This document shows, piece after piece, positions 1 through 9,480 of a DNA stretch of 64,000 nucleotides. How positions within the stretch are numbered: position 1 is the stretch's first letter; every line of letters starts with the position of its first letter. This DNA comes from an uncultured Candidatus Saccharibacteria bacterium. GTDB lineage: Bacteria; Patescibacteriota; Minisyncoccia; Phycocordibacterales; UBA5272. The notes beneath the pieces are model-generated. The model saw only the letters and a program-made list of their open reading frames with translations. It was not told where the DNA came from and made no database searches. A program made the translations under genes and the position numbers. Location of the stretch: positions 45,304 through 109,303 of the forward strand of contig CAZEIK010000002.1 in the NCBI GenBank assembly GCA_964512315.1, given 5' to 3'.

Positions 1-189
1 TATGTTGCAAGATTTAGAGATATATCTCTCGCGCAGTTTAGAAGAATGTCAGATGAAGATATTAAAGGTGTGAAAGATGAAGTTAAAAAAATAGGGGAAA
101 TAGTCAGTCCTTTTATAAAAAATGGTGAGCGCGAAGCATCAAGCGTTGAAGAGCTCCTCAACTTAGCCTCACAAAATAAAATTAGTTAA
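1..189 (+). CDS. 3' end of a hypothetical protein, truncated by the window edge
   Basis: Frame 1 is open from base 1 (YVARFRDISLAQ...ASQNKIS) to TAA at 187-189. Confidence 0.55.
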   Translation, partial: YVARFRDISLAQFRRMSDEDIKGVKDEVKKIGEIVSPFIKNGEREASSVEELLNLASQNKIS

Positions 190-213
190 TATGTTAAACT
201 AGCATTCTAAAAG

Positions 214-2127
214 ATGCTAAACGATAAACAATTAGAAGCAAGTAAGACAATAACTGGACCGCTGTTAATCCTAGCAGGGGCGGGGGCGGGTAAGACAAAG
301 ACAATAACTGAAAGAGTGGTGGAAATAGTGCGAGCTGGCAATGCGGTGGAGAGAATATTATGTGTAACATTTACTAACAAGGCCGCAGCAGAGATGCGTG
401 AGCGTATATCAAAAAGATTAAAAGAGGAGGGCCTCCTGGATGAGTGGGGCGGGGCACCATTAATCAAGACATTTCACTCGCTCGGCCTGTGGCTGATGCG
501 TAGGGAGTCGGGATACCTAGGACTCAACAAAAACTTTACAATATTAGACAGCGATGATACGAGGGGTATAGTAAAAAGAATACTAGAAGACAGGGGGTTC
601 GACACTAAGATGTATGAGCCAGCTAAAATACGTAATGCTATATCCAGGGAGAAGGGGGACTTTGTGACGGTTAACGAGTATCGCTCTCGCGTATCGAGTT
701 ACACAATGGACGTGGTGGCTACTGTGTGGGGACTGTACGAAGAGGAGCTACGCAATCAGGGCGCTGTGGACTTTGACGACTTGATTGTTCGCTGTGTTGA
801 GATGTTAGAAAGCGATACATTTATAAGAGAAAAGTATCAGAATTATTTTACGCACATACACATTGATGAGTACCAAGACACCAACAACTCTCAATATAAA
901 TTCTCTAAACTCCTAGTTAATCCTAAGCAAAATAATATTTGTGTAGTGGGTGACACTGATCAGAATATATATAGCTGGCGCGGAGCGAACCTCAAAAACA
1001 TAATGAATTTTGAAAAGGACTTCCCTAATACAAAAGTCATATTATTAGAGGAAAATTATCGCTCAACAGGCAACATACTATCTCTTGCTAATAATGCAAT
1101 TAAGAAGAATACTGTTAGAAAAGAAAAGAATCTTTTTACTCGCTCAGGAGATGGGGAGAAGATTGAAATACTTCCAAGCTGGGACGAGGAGTCCGAAGCA
1201 GAGTGGGTAGCAAAAAAGTCAAAAGAACTAATCGCTTCTGGAGTTGACCCCAACAGCATCGCTGTATTATATAGAACCAACTTTCAATCCAGAATAATGG
1301 AGGAAATGATGCTTCGCAATGATGTACCTTATGCAGTACTCGGTACCAAGTTCTTCGAAAGAAAAGAGGTTAAGGATATATTGAGTTACTTAAAGGCAGC
1401 CCTTAATCCAAAAAGTCAGCCAGACCTAAAGCGTGTATTCGAAACACCCAAAAAAGGCGTTGGTAAGACGACCATAGCCAAGCTGTTTTCTAATGAGGAG
1501 TTACCAGCTGCTGCGAGGAAAAAGGTGGATGCTGTTTTTAACTTTTTAAAAGAAATCGCTGACATGCTACAGACTGAGCCTCTCTCACATGTTATGAATT
1601 ATATTCTGGTAGAGTCTGGTATAGAAAAAGAATTAAAAGATGAAGGTGAAGACGGGATGATAAGGCTCGCCAACATATCCGAGCTGATCACACTAGCTAG
1701 CAAATACGATGAGATGGCTTATGACGAAAACATTGAGAAATTCTTCGAGCTTGCCTCACTTTCTAGCGATCAAGATGATGACAAAAAAGAGGCTTCTGGT
1801 GTTAGGTTGATGACCATACACTCATCCAAAGGTCTTGAATTCGATTATGTTTTTATTGTAGGACTAGAAGAAGACCTTTTCCCGTCTAAAAACTTTTCTG
1901 GCAAACAAAAGTCAAAAGAGGAGTCTGAGGAGGAAAGGAGGCTGTTCTATGTGGCCGTGACAAGGGCGAGAAAGAAGCTTTATCTTACTTATGCAGAGAT
2001 GAGAACAATATTCGGCCAACGTAACATCGCTCCACCCAGCCAATTCCTCTCAGATGTTGATCCAAACGAGACCGAGTATCACGACGTGTATTACAAGGAA
2101 AATAATGGTAAAGTGTTCTATATATAA
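214..2127 (+). CDS. pcrA: ATP-dependent DNA helicase PcrA/UvrD
   Basis: SF1A motifs LILAGAGAGKT, TFTNKAA, IDEYQDTN, VVGDTDQNIYSWRGA, LEENYRST, EEERRLFYVAVTRA. Confidence 0.97.
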   Translation: MLNDKQLEASKTITGPLLILAGAGAGKTKTITERVVEIVRAGNAVERILCVTFTNKAAAEMRERISKRLKEEGLLDEWGGAPLIKTFHSLGLWLMRRESGYLGLNKNFTILDSDDTRGIVKRILEDRGFDTKMYEPAKIRNAISREKGDFVTVNEYRSRVSSYTMDVVATVWGLYEEELRNQGAVDFDDLIVRCVEMLESDTFIREKYQNYFTHIHIDEYQDTNNSQYKFSKLLVNPKQNNICVVGDTDQNIYSWRGANLKNIMNFEKDFPNTKVILLEENYRSTGNILSLANNAIKKNTVRKEKNLFTRSGDGEKIEILPSWDEESEAEWVAKKSKELIASGVDPNSIAVLYRTNFQSRIMEEMMLRNDVPYAVLGTKFFERKEVKDILSYLKAALNPKSQPDLKRVFETPKKGVGKTTIAKLFSNEELPAAARKKVDAVFNFLKEIADMLQTEPLSHVMNYILVESGIEKELKDEGEDGMIRLANISELITLASKYDEMAYDENIEKFFELASLSSDQDDDKKEASGVRLMTIHSSKGLEFDYVFIVGLEEDLFPSKNFSGKQKSKEESEEERRLFYVAVTRARKKLYLTYAEMRTIFGQRNIAPPSQFLSDVDPNETEYHDVYYKENNGKVFYI

Positions 2128-2915
2128 TGCTAGTCAAAGCAAAGAAGTCATTAGGGCAGAATTTTCTTAGGTCAAAGGCAGCACTTTTGGCTATTGTTGA
2201 GTGTTCAAATATCAGCACCAGCGACACTGTTATAGAAATAGGTCCTGGCGAAGGGGTGCTAACTGAAGAACTGCTAAAAACTGGAGCAAAAGTGGTTGCT
2301 ATAGAAAAAGATGACAGATTAATTGAAATTCTAAATCAAAAGTTTTTAGAATATACAAAACAAAGCAAATTCGAACTGTTACATGCTGATGTAACTGATT
2401 TTGACTTTGCTAAGTTAGACAAAAATTATAAAGTAATAGCCAATATACCTTACTACATAACAGGGTTAATAATGAGAAAGTTGATTGATGACGGTGGGGC
2501 ACAATCATTAACACTTCTGGTTCAGCGTGAAGTAGCCGAGAGGGGTTGCGCAAGAGATGGTAAGGGGTCGCTACTTTCTAATTCAATATTGTCATACGGC
2601 GTACCCAAATACGTTAAGACTGTGCCGCGTGGATCATTTGTACCGTCACCCAATGTAGACAGCGCTATTTTATATATTAAGCGCCACGACGCATCAGCCT
2701 TTAGAGACGCGCAGGAAAAAGAGTTATTCTTTGAATTAATACATGCAGGGTTCGCTCACAAACGCAAAACATTATTACACAATTTAAATATATACAATCA
2801 AGAAAAAGGATTGAGCGTAAAATGGGAACAAATAATAGACAGCAAGGTGCGAGCTGAGGATGTGCATTTTGAAGACTGGCTACGTATTGTGCGTGATACA
2901 ATTAAGTTGTGGTAG
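2127..2915 (+). CDS. rsmA: 16S rRNA dimethyladenosine transferase
   Basis: KKSLGQNFL, IEIGPGEGVLT, ANIPYYIT, FVPSPNVDSA, FAHKRKTL. Confidence 0.96.
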   Translation: MLVKAKKSLGQNFLRSKAALLAIVECSNISTSDTVIEIGPGEGVLTEELLKTGAKVVAIEKDDRLIEILNQKFLEYTKQSKFELLHADVTDFDFAKLDKNYKVIANIPYYITGLIMRKLIDDGGAQSLTLLVQREVAERGCARDGKGSLLSNSILSYGVPKYVKTVPRGSFVPSPNVDSAILYIKRHDASAFRDAQEKELFFELIHAGFAHKRKTLLHNLNIYNQEKGLSVKWEQIIDSKVRAEDVHFEDWLRIVRDTIKLW

Positions 2916-3781
2916 AGAAAACACCGAACAATGACTCTCTTTCTAGAGAAAAAGCTTTTTTGATTCTAGCTGGACTTTTGGCTGTGATTGCATTTCTGAT
3001 TTATGGGCTTTTCCCGGATCAAGCCAAAACACCCGAGATACCCTCTTCTAGTCTTAGCTCCAAAATACAAACATATGATCAGCTGATAAGCCTTGGCCAG
3101 GACTTGAGCGGTAATGGTCAACCAGCATGGAGGGAAATAGTCTTCGGCGACAAGACAAAAAGTGGTGACAACTCAACAACAAGCAACCTTACTACAATAC
3201 TAGCTCGTGACACTATGGCAATAGGAGTGCTATCTAACAAGAACACAGACGTAAATGCTGACTTATATATGTCGGCCCTGGTAGACAGCGCGTCTCAACA
3301 GATAACAGTAAAAGATGTTGGTCAGATCAACGTTTCTAATGACAATTCAAGAGCTGCGCTCAAGGAATACGGTAACAATGCAGCAGTTGTGTTCGGTATG
3401 TTTTTCGGTAATGAGCAAAAAGAGTTAAAAGATTTGCAGAACTATATAAATACCAATAATGCGTCTAACCTGAACAATATAAAATCTCTACAGAAGCAAA
3501 TACAATCTCTCTGTGCGTCATTTAAGACAGTCGCCGCACCTAAAAACATCGCAACTCTACACAGAACACTTCTAGAGCAATGCTTCTACTATAACGACAT
3601 ATTGACAGCCTTTACAAAAGTCGACTCCGACCCAAGCTCGTCTTTGGTTGCTGTGGGGCAGTATCAAGGCATGATAAACAATCAGACTGAACTACTTAGC
3701 AAGATGCGAGACTTTTTTGACTCTAACAATGTCGTGTTCGGCGTGTCTGATTACGGTAGGATTTTTAACAAAAATATATGA
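2909..3781 (+). CDS. Membrane-anchored hypothetical protein, first gene of the T4SS-like cluster
   Basis: 290 aa ORF with a single N-terminal TM helix, overlapping both neighbours. Confidence 0.7.
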   Translation: MVEKTPNNDSLSREKAFLILAGLLAVIAFLIYGLFPDQAKTPEIPSSSLSSKIQTYDQLISLGQDLSGNGQPAWREIVFGDKTKSGDNSTTSNLTTILARDTMAIGVLSNKNTDVNADLYMSALVDSASQQITVKDVGQINVSNDNSRAALKEYGNNAAVVFGMFFGNEQKELKDLQNYINTNNASNLNNIKSLQKQIQSLCASFKTVAAPKNIATLHRTLLEQCFYYNDILTAFTKVDSDPSSSLVAVGQYQGMINNQTELLSKMRDFFDSNNVVFGVSDYGRIFNKNI

Positions 3782-5433
3782 AAAAAATAATTGCTTCATT
3801 CTTAATAGCTTTTGGACTTTGGACAAACACTGCGTCAGCTTTTATAGTTTTTGACCCTACACAATTCAGTACACAAGTACTACAATATGGGCTAGAAATT
3901 GCTGGCAACATAACAGCTTACCAAAGCATGATAAAAGAGTACGCACTAGACCCGCTCGCTTATGCAATAGCGCAACGTGTTAAGAATCAAATTAAGCAAG
4001 AGATAGTTAAGTGGGCACAAGATGGTGGTAGTGGTAAGCCTCAGTTCCTCGAGAATCCAGAAAGATTCTTCACTAATCTAGCAACTCAGGAGCTAACACT
4101 AGTTAAGCGTGACCTGATGACTAATATTGTTGGTAATGACGCCGTGTTGAAGGCTTTGGTCTCAGGTAATGCCGAAGGGTATGTTAAAAAGTCTTTCCAA
4201 GAATTCATGGTACCAACAACCAACAAAGTGATACAAAATGACATCTGTTCTCCTGCGAAGCTGCAAAAGATGGCTTCGGAGAACGCTGCTGGTGCAGCAG
4301 AATTCGCAAGGCGCTATTGTGGAGCAACAACCAGCACCTCATCTCAGCAGCAGCAATACAAAGACCTTCAGAACTGCTTTGCCAAAGACTTCTCATGTGG
4401 TGGCTGGAACGCCTTTCTGTCTATTACCCAGGACCCTTATCGAAATACAGAGACCGGACGCCTGGCCGTTGCACAGTTACAACTTCAGCAAAATGTAAAT
4501 CAAAAAACAACCAACACCAATAATGAGCTTAATCGTGGAGGAGGATTCTTCAGTCAAAAAGTATGCAAGAAGGGCGCTTTGTTAGAAAAAGATGACCAGG
4601 GCGAGCCGCTACCCAAAGAAAGTCAACTCTGTACCGAGTACGAAACACTCACTCCTGGTGACCAGATAAGGAACCTAACTAATGAAGTATTAGGCGACCC
4701 TCTCAAGCAATTGCAACAGTCAGACGAGATTAGTGAGATTATTGTTAGCGCACTTATGGTGAAACTGCAATCCATAGGTCTACGTCATCTAAAAGATGGT
4801 TTTGATAATCTTATTAGAGGCGCAACCGATGGATCTGGTAGTCTGCGAGACAGCGTGACTGCAGCTGGCGCTCCGAAGGACCCAACAGTAGCCAGCAGCT
4901 CAGTAACACTAAGTAACGCCGACCATCGCAACTTAACAGCGAACATGCTTCAACTTATGAATAGTGTGCTCAAGGAACACTCAACCAACTTAACTGTTGT
5001 ACAAGAAGAATTAACCAAATATCAGAATCTTGCTGACAAAATAGTTCAGATTGAGACCTGTTATCAAGAGAAATCTTCTTGGCTTGCAATGCCGCCACTT
5101 GTAAAAACAACAGTAGACTCACAGAAGCAAATAATAGGCCAGAAAGTCTTGGCTCTTGCTGATGAGTTTTCTACATACAAGGAGAAAGCTGACGACCTTT
5201 CAGCAGCAATAGAGACAGTCACAAGGAGTCGTGACGCCGACGCTATAACCAATATATATAACGCCTTCAATGCGGAGCTTTCTGCTAATTCATATCTAAC
5301 TTCTGCTGTGGCAGACAAGAGAAGGGCGGACAATGAGGAGCTGTACAAACAACTAGACCAACTTTCTACAACTTTTGACTCAATGTTAACCGAGTGTCAA
5401 CAGGCTCAACCAAGTACAGCTGGAGGTAACTAA
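3778..5433 (+). CDS. Secreted coiled-coil protein of the T4SS-like cluster (possibly VirB5-like)
   Basis: Signal peptide MKKIIASFLIAFGLWTNTASA followed by FIVFDP, resembling VirB5/TrbJ-type N-termini; helical C-terminal half. Family call is inference. Confidence 0.6.
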   Translation: MKKIIASFLIAFGLWTNTASAFIVFDPTQFSTQVLQYGLEIAGNITAYQSMIKEYALDPLAYAIAQRVKNQIKQEIVKWAQDGGSGKPQFLENPERFFTNLATQELTLVKRDLMTNIVGNDAVLKALVSGNAEGYVKKSFQEFMVPTTNKVIQNDICSPAKLQKMASENAAGAAEFARRYCGATTSTSSQQQQYKDLQNCFAKDFSCGGWNAFLSITQDPYRNTETGRLAVAQLQLQQNVNQKTTNTNNELNRGGGFFSQKVCKKGALLEKDDQGEPLPKESQLCTEYETLTPGDQIRNLTNEVLGDPLKQLQQSDEISEIIVSALMVKLQSIGLRHLKDGFDNLIRGATDGSGSLRDSVTAAGAPKDPTVASSSVTLSNADHRNLTANMLQLMNSVLKEHSTNLTVVQEELTKYQNLADKIVQIETCYQEKSSWLAMPPLVKTTVDSQKQIIGQKVLALADEFSTYKEKADDLSAAIETVTRSRDADAITNIYNAFNAELSANSYLTSAVADKRRADNEELYKQLDQLSTTFDSMLTECQQAQPSTAGGN

Positions 5434-5471
5434 CAACCAAACATGCCTATTTTTATGATACACTTTGTATT

Positions 5472-7832
5472 GTGAAAATCTGGCGCGCAATATTAATCTT
5501 AACCTGTTTTTCTATACTTTTTTTCGCGCCACAGATCAGTTATGGCCAAGCTGTGCAACCTTGTGACACAGCCGAAACAATAGGTACTACATATCCATGC
5601 AGAGACAGCCAAGGCAGAAGTTGGGGTAGTTTTGCTGAAAGGCAAAACGCTATGAACGCTGCCGGGGCAGCGGAAATGGCTAAAAAAAATGAATCTAAGC
5701 CAACAGGTCGAGTTCAAGTTTGTCCAGCTGCTGCATATGAAAAGTTTTCTCTCGCAAACCTAGCCTCTGTTGGGATTTTGCCAGCTCTTTGTGGTATTGT
5801 AGATTTCACTCTTTCTGGAATAGGGTGGGCCTTGGCTGGTTTAATGTATCTTTGTGCAACACTTTTTGACTATTCTTTCGATAATTTTGTGTTACACATA
5901 GCAACAATGTTCCAGGATGAAGACGGAGTTAACAAGGCTTATATATATGGCGCTTGGACAGCTATACGAGATTTAGCCAACATTGCAGCATTCTTTGCTG
6001 CTGTGTACGCCGGATTCTTACGAATTATAGGACAAAATCAAGAAGACTTTCGTAAGGCTGTTGCCAAGCTTCTACTCTTCGCATTACTTACTAACTTTTC
6101 TTTTGCTTTGTCAAAGTTCGCAATAGATGTTTCTAATGTTATCTCGCTGCAAATATATGGCGCTGCTTCTGGTTATAAGTTTTCTGGGAACGTTAGCACT
6201 AGTTCACAAGGAATGCTTTCAAGCGACTACGGCATTAGTACTGCCTATATGAAGCAGATGGGAATATCTGCTTTTGTGCAGGACACGTCACAAGTAAATC
6301 CGAACTCTGCTTTTAAGAACCTAGACTCTCTGACTGTTGTTTTTGTTTCTTATATTTTCTTTATTTTTGCGGGTTGGCAATTTTTAAGTATGGCGATTTT
6401 TATTTTAACGAGAAGCTTTTTATTAATTGCTAGTGTTATTTTTTCTCCGCTGATGTTTATTGGAGGGCTTGTGCCAGCTTTAGACAAAGCTCATGACAAG
6501 TGGCGAGAGACATTTTTTGGTAATTTGGTTGTTGCTCCTATATTGGCCATATTTACTTGGTTAGGTCTTCAGATTTTAAAGGGTGCCAATGAGACAACTT
6601 TAGGAATTATTGGCGACGGCAGCATACAAGATATGTTAAAGCAGATTGCCATGCTTGCTCTTACAGGAATATCTTTATATGTCGGCAAAAAATTTGCTGA
6701 GCAAGCCTCGGGGGCGGTTGGGCAATTTGCAGTAAAGGTCTTAGGTGGAGCGGTGGGTGGGGCGGCGATGGCTGTTGGTACTGCGGGTACCGGATTCGTA
6801 GCTCGTGCCGGCATGGCTCGTGCGGCAGCGATGGCTGGTAATGTTGGCAAGAAGTGGGCAACACAAGAGGGCGCAGGTAGAGCCAAAAAATTCGCAGGAG
6901 GGCTACTTCTTAAGGGTGGGGAGAGGATGGAGAAGACTCAAATATTCGGCCGCTCTGCTTATGATGTTAGAAAAGGGATTGAGGATAAGGTCGCAGATAA
7001 GCGCAATACAGTATTGAGGGAGAATCGTATGGCAGCCAGGAACCTAGGGTGGACAGACAGGTTAGAGCAAGCCAAGAGCGCTGATGAGGTGGCATATATG
7101 GAGCAACAAATCAAACGTGGCACTACATATTCGAGGGATACACATGACGCAGAGATAGCAGCGCTCAAGAACAAGCCAATACAAAGAGCTTCTGCTTCTG
7201 AGCTGCGTGTACTAGATAAAGACTTAGACAAGGCCCGTGATTTAGATGAGAAGATAAAGATAAAAGATTCCACTGTTGCTACACAGATACAAAATGGTCA
7301 GAAAGCGTTAGATGACGAATATGGAGATATAATAAAAACAAGAACAGAATATCTTGAAAATCAAAAGCGTGGCAACGCAACAGCAGAAGAGAGAAAGAAA
7401 ACTGAAGACTATATAGCCACCACAAGAAAAACTTTAGCCGATAAGAAGGCTGAATTAGAAAAGCAATTAACGGAACAAAAGAACTCTGACACTTATTATC
7501 AAGACCTACAAAATCAACTAAAAGTTTTACAAGATGATTACTCTAAAACAACCACAGCCTATAAATTAGGCTCAGCTGTTGGTGTTATGAATGAGACGCA
7601 GAGGCAGGCTGGTGAGCAGGATTTGGCTGCAATTAAGGGAGCAATATCAACTTTGGGGAGCATAAAACCTTTCACTACCGAGTTCGACCAGCCCAATTTA
7701 GCCCCTGGTCAAGCTACAACTTTCCAAAATATACAAAAAAGCTCTGGCGGTGAACCATTTAACACGCTGACACCAAAACAAGCAGACTCTATTGCTTCAA
7801 AATTAAGAGGCTTTAAGAAAGCGAAACAATAA
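5472..7832 (+). CDS. VirB6/TrbL-like polytopic membrane protein
   Basis: WTAIRDLANI and ALLTNFSF..K..ID..N motifs, multiple TM helices, Gly/Ala-rich segment then coiled tail; upstream of PrgI/VirB4. Confidence 0.8.
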   Translation: MKIWRAILILTCFSILFFAPQISYGQAVQPCDTAETIGTTYPCRDSQGRSWGSFAERQNAMNAAGAAEMAKKNESKPTGRVQVCPAAAYEKFSLANLASVGILPALCGIVDFTLSGIGWALAGLMYLCATLFDYSFDNFVLHIATMFQDEDGVNKAYIYGAWTAIRDLANIAAFFAAVYAGFLRIIGQNQEDFRKAVAKLLLFALLTNFSFALSKFAIDVSNVISLQIYGAASGYKFSGNVSTSSQGMLSSDYGISTAYMKQMGISAFVQDTSQVNPNSAFKNLDSLTVVFVSYIFFIFAGWQFLSMAIFILTRSFLLIASVIFSPLMFIGGLVPALDKAHDKWRETFFGNLVVAPILAIFTWLGLQILKGANETTLGIIGDGSIQDMLKQIAMLALTGISLYVGKKFAEQASGAVGQFAVKVLGGAVGGAAMAVGTAGTGFVARAGMARAAAMAGNVGKKWATQEGAGRAKKFAGGLLLKGGERMEKTQIFGRSAYDVRKGIEDKVADKRNTVLRENRMAARNLGWTDRLEQAKSADEVAYMEQQIKRGTTYSRDTHDAEIAALKNKPIQRASASELRVLDKDLDKARDLDEKIKIKDSTVATQIQNGQKALDDEYGDIIKTRTEYLENQKRGNATAEERKKTEDYIATTRKTLADKKAELEKQLTEQKNSDTYYQDLQNQLKVLQDDYSKTTTAYKLGSAVGVMNETQRQAGEQDLAAIKGAISTLGSIKPFTTEFDQPNLAPGQATTFQNIQKSSGGEPFNTLTPKQADSIASKLRGFKKAKQ

Positions 7833-7833
7833 C

Positions 7834-8433
7834 ATGAATCCAGAACTTCGTAATGCAATTGATATAGAGATAAGAAAGTCTTCAAAAGAGATGCAGGACT
7901 TTTTATTCGGGGAATATTTCAAAGACACAGTGAAATTAATTGAAAGAGTTAATAAGTTTACAGAAGACCAAGCTGTATCATTAGAATTAGAGGTTACAAT
8001 GTGCCTACTCGGAATTAGTGATTATCCATCTCTAGAAGAGGCTTTTAAAGGTGAACTAGGGCAGGGTGGGCAAGTTGCAAATGAAGCGACTGTAAGGCAG
8101 GCTGTGAAGGATGTAGAAAATTATATTCTATCCAAGGCTCCAAAAGTTGCCCCAGCTACTCAGGTTGCCACTATAGAAGTTAAACCAGAAATAGAAAGTA
8201 GCACAACAAACACCGCTGAGCCTTCTTCTAAAAATCTGCACGAAATACTTTATTCTCAATTAGAGGTAAACAAGGCCTCAGAAATGGAAACAAATACAGT
8301 ACCTAACCCAGAAGCAAAACCAGAAACTTTTGAAGATATAAAAGATAAAGTCGAAGAAAAAGCCCTACAAAAACCACTAGATTTCTACAGAGAAAAGGTT
8401 GATGAAGAGGATAAGAAAATGAAGACTTTATAA
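7834..8433 (+). CDS. Hypothetical protein in the T4SS-like cluster
   Basis: 199 aa ORF with DFYRE near the C-terminus, directly before PrgI. Confidence 0.7.
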   Translation: MNPELRNAIDIEIRKSSKEMQDFLFGEYFKDTVKLIERVNKFTEDQAVSLELEVTMCLLGISDYPSLEEAFKGELGQGGQVANEATVRQAVKDVENYILSKAPKVAPATQVATIEVKPEIESSTTNTAEPSSKNLHEILYSQLEVNKASEMETNTVPNPEAKPETFEDIKDKVEEKALQKPLDFYREKVDEEDKKMKTL

Positions 8434-8452
8434 TTTTTGATATAATTAAGTC

Positions 8453-8827
8453 GTGCAATTCAGAGTACCACAATTCATAGATATAGAAGACAAGATAATT
8501 GGGCCATTAACCTGGAGGCAGTTTGCTTATTGCCTTGGTGCTGTTGGTGTTACTTATCTAGCTATGAGGTTTATCCCGAGCAACATAATAGCTCTTATTG
8601 TTATATCTCCTGTAGCTGGCTTATTCCTAGCTCTAGCTTTTGTAAAAATAAACAATCAACCCTTTGTTGAAGTTATGGAGCATGCAATTAACTACTTTTC
8701 TCGCAGCAATATATATACTTGGCAAAGAAGAAATAATAACATTCAGGTTATAACCCCAGATCCGAGCACTCTCAAACAAAAGTCTTTGAGCTTAGACACC
8801 AAAAACGTGGAAACATCTTCTGAATAA
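8453..8827 (+). CDS. PrgI family protein (VirB3-like)
   Basis: MQFRVPQFIDIEDKIIGPLTWRQF signature plus two TM helices. Confidence 0.88.
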   Translation: MQFRVPQFIDIEDKIIGPLTWRQFAYCLGAVGVTYLAMRFIPSNIIALIVISPVAGLFLALAFVKINNQPFVEVMEHAINYFSRSNIYTWQRRNNNIQVITPDPSTLKQKSLSLDTKNVETSSE

Positions 8828-8855
8828 AATCACTTACTGATGATATACTGAATCC

Positions 8856-9476
8856 ATGCAGGGTAGTGCCTCACAAGGATTTGTGCCTATTAAAAACATA
8901 CGTGACGGACTCATCGAATTACAAAACGGTGAGTATAGAGCCGTACTTATGACCAACTCACTAAATCTTTCTCTTAAGGGTGAGGATGAGCAGACCGCGA
9001 TATTGACCCAATTCCAAAACTTTCTTAACTCTCTAGAGTTTTCTGTGCAGATCTTTGTGAAGTCTCGTCGTATGGATATAGAGCCATATATAAATCTTTT
9101 AGAAGAGAGATTGGCTGTTGCGGAGGGTGAGCTGATCAAGCTACAAATCACTGAATATATAAGCTATATCAAGACCTTTTCAGAAGAGACAAATATAATG
9201 TCTAAACAATTCTTCGTTGTTGTTCCGTACACGCCAGCAGTTATTAATCAAAGCTCTGTACCCAGCCTTCCTTTTGGTAACAATGATGCCCTTGCAGCAA
9301 AAGCTGATGCAGCTTTTCAAGAAGTGTACAGACAGATGGAGCAAAGAATACTTGTGGTCTCTAGTGGGCTCACAAGAACTGGATTACGTGTTGAGAGGTT
9401 GCAAAGTGATGAAGTTGTGAGTCTTTTCTACAGCCTTTTCAACCCAGGAGCAGAACATAAAGCTATAATTAATTAA
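8856..9476 (+). CDS. T4SS protein resembling the VirB4 N-terminal region
   Basis: NLSLKGEDEQ...FQNFLNSLEF.VQI, FFVVVPY; lies between PrgI and VirB4. Confidence 0.75.
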   Translation: MQGSASQGFVPIKNIRDGLIELQNGEYRAVLMTNSLNLSLKGEDEQTAILTQFQNFLNSLEFSVQIFVKSRRMDIEPYINLLEERLAVAEGELIKLQITEYISYIKTFSEETNIMSKQFFVVVPYTPAVINQSSVPSLPFGNNDALAAKADAAFQEVYRQMEQRILVVSSGLTRTGLRVERLQSDEVVSLFYSLFNPGAEHKAIIN

Positions 9477-9480
9477 AACT

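Noticed and set aside
8825-8827. Genetic code 25 (TGA=Gly) as in Gracilibacteria/SR1
   Set aside because: Conserved genes translate full length under code 11, and TGA ends genes at expected positions (PrgI, ruvC, polA)
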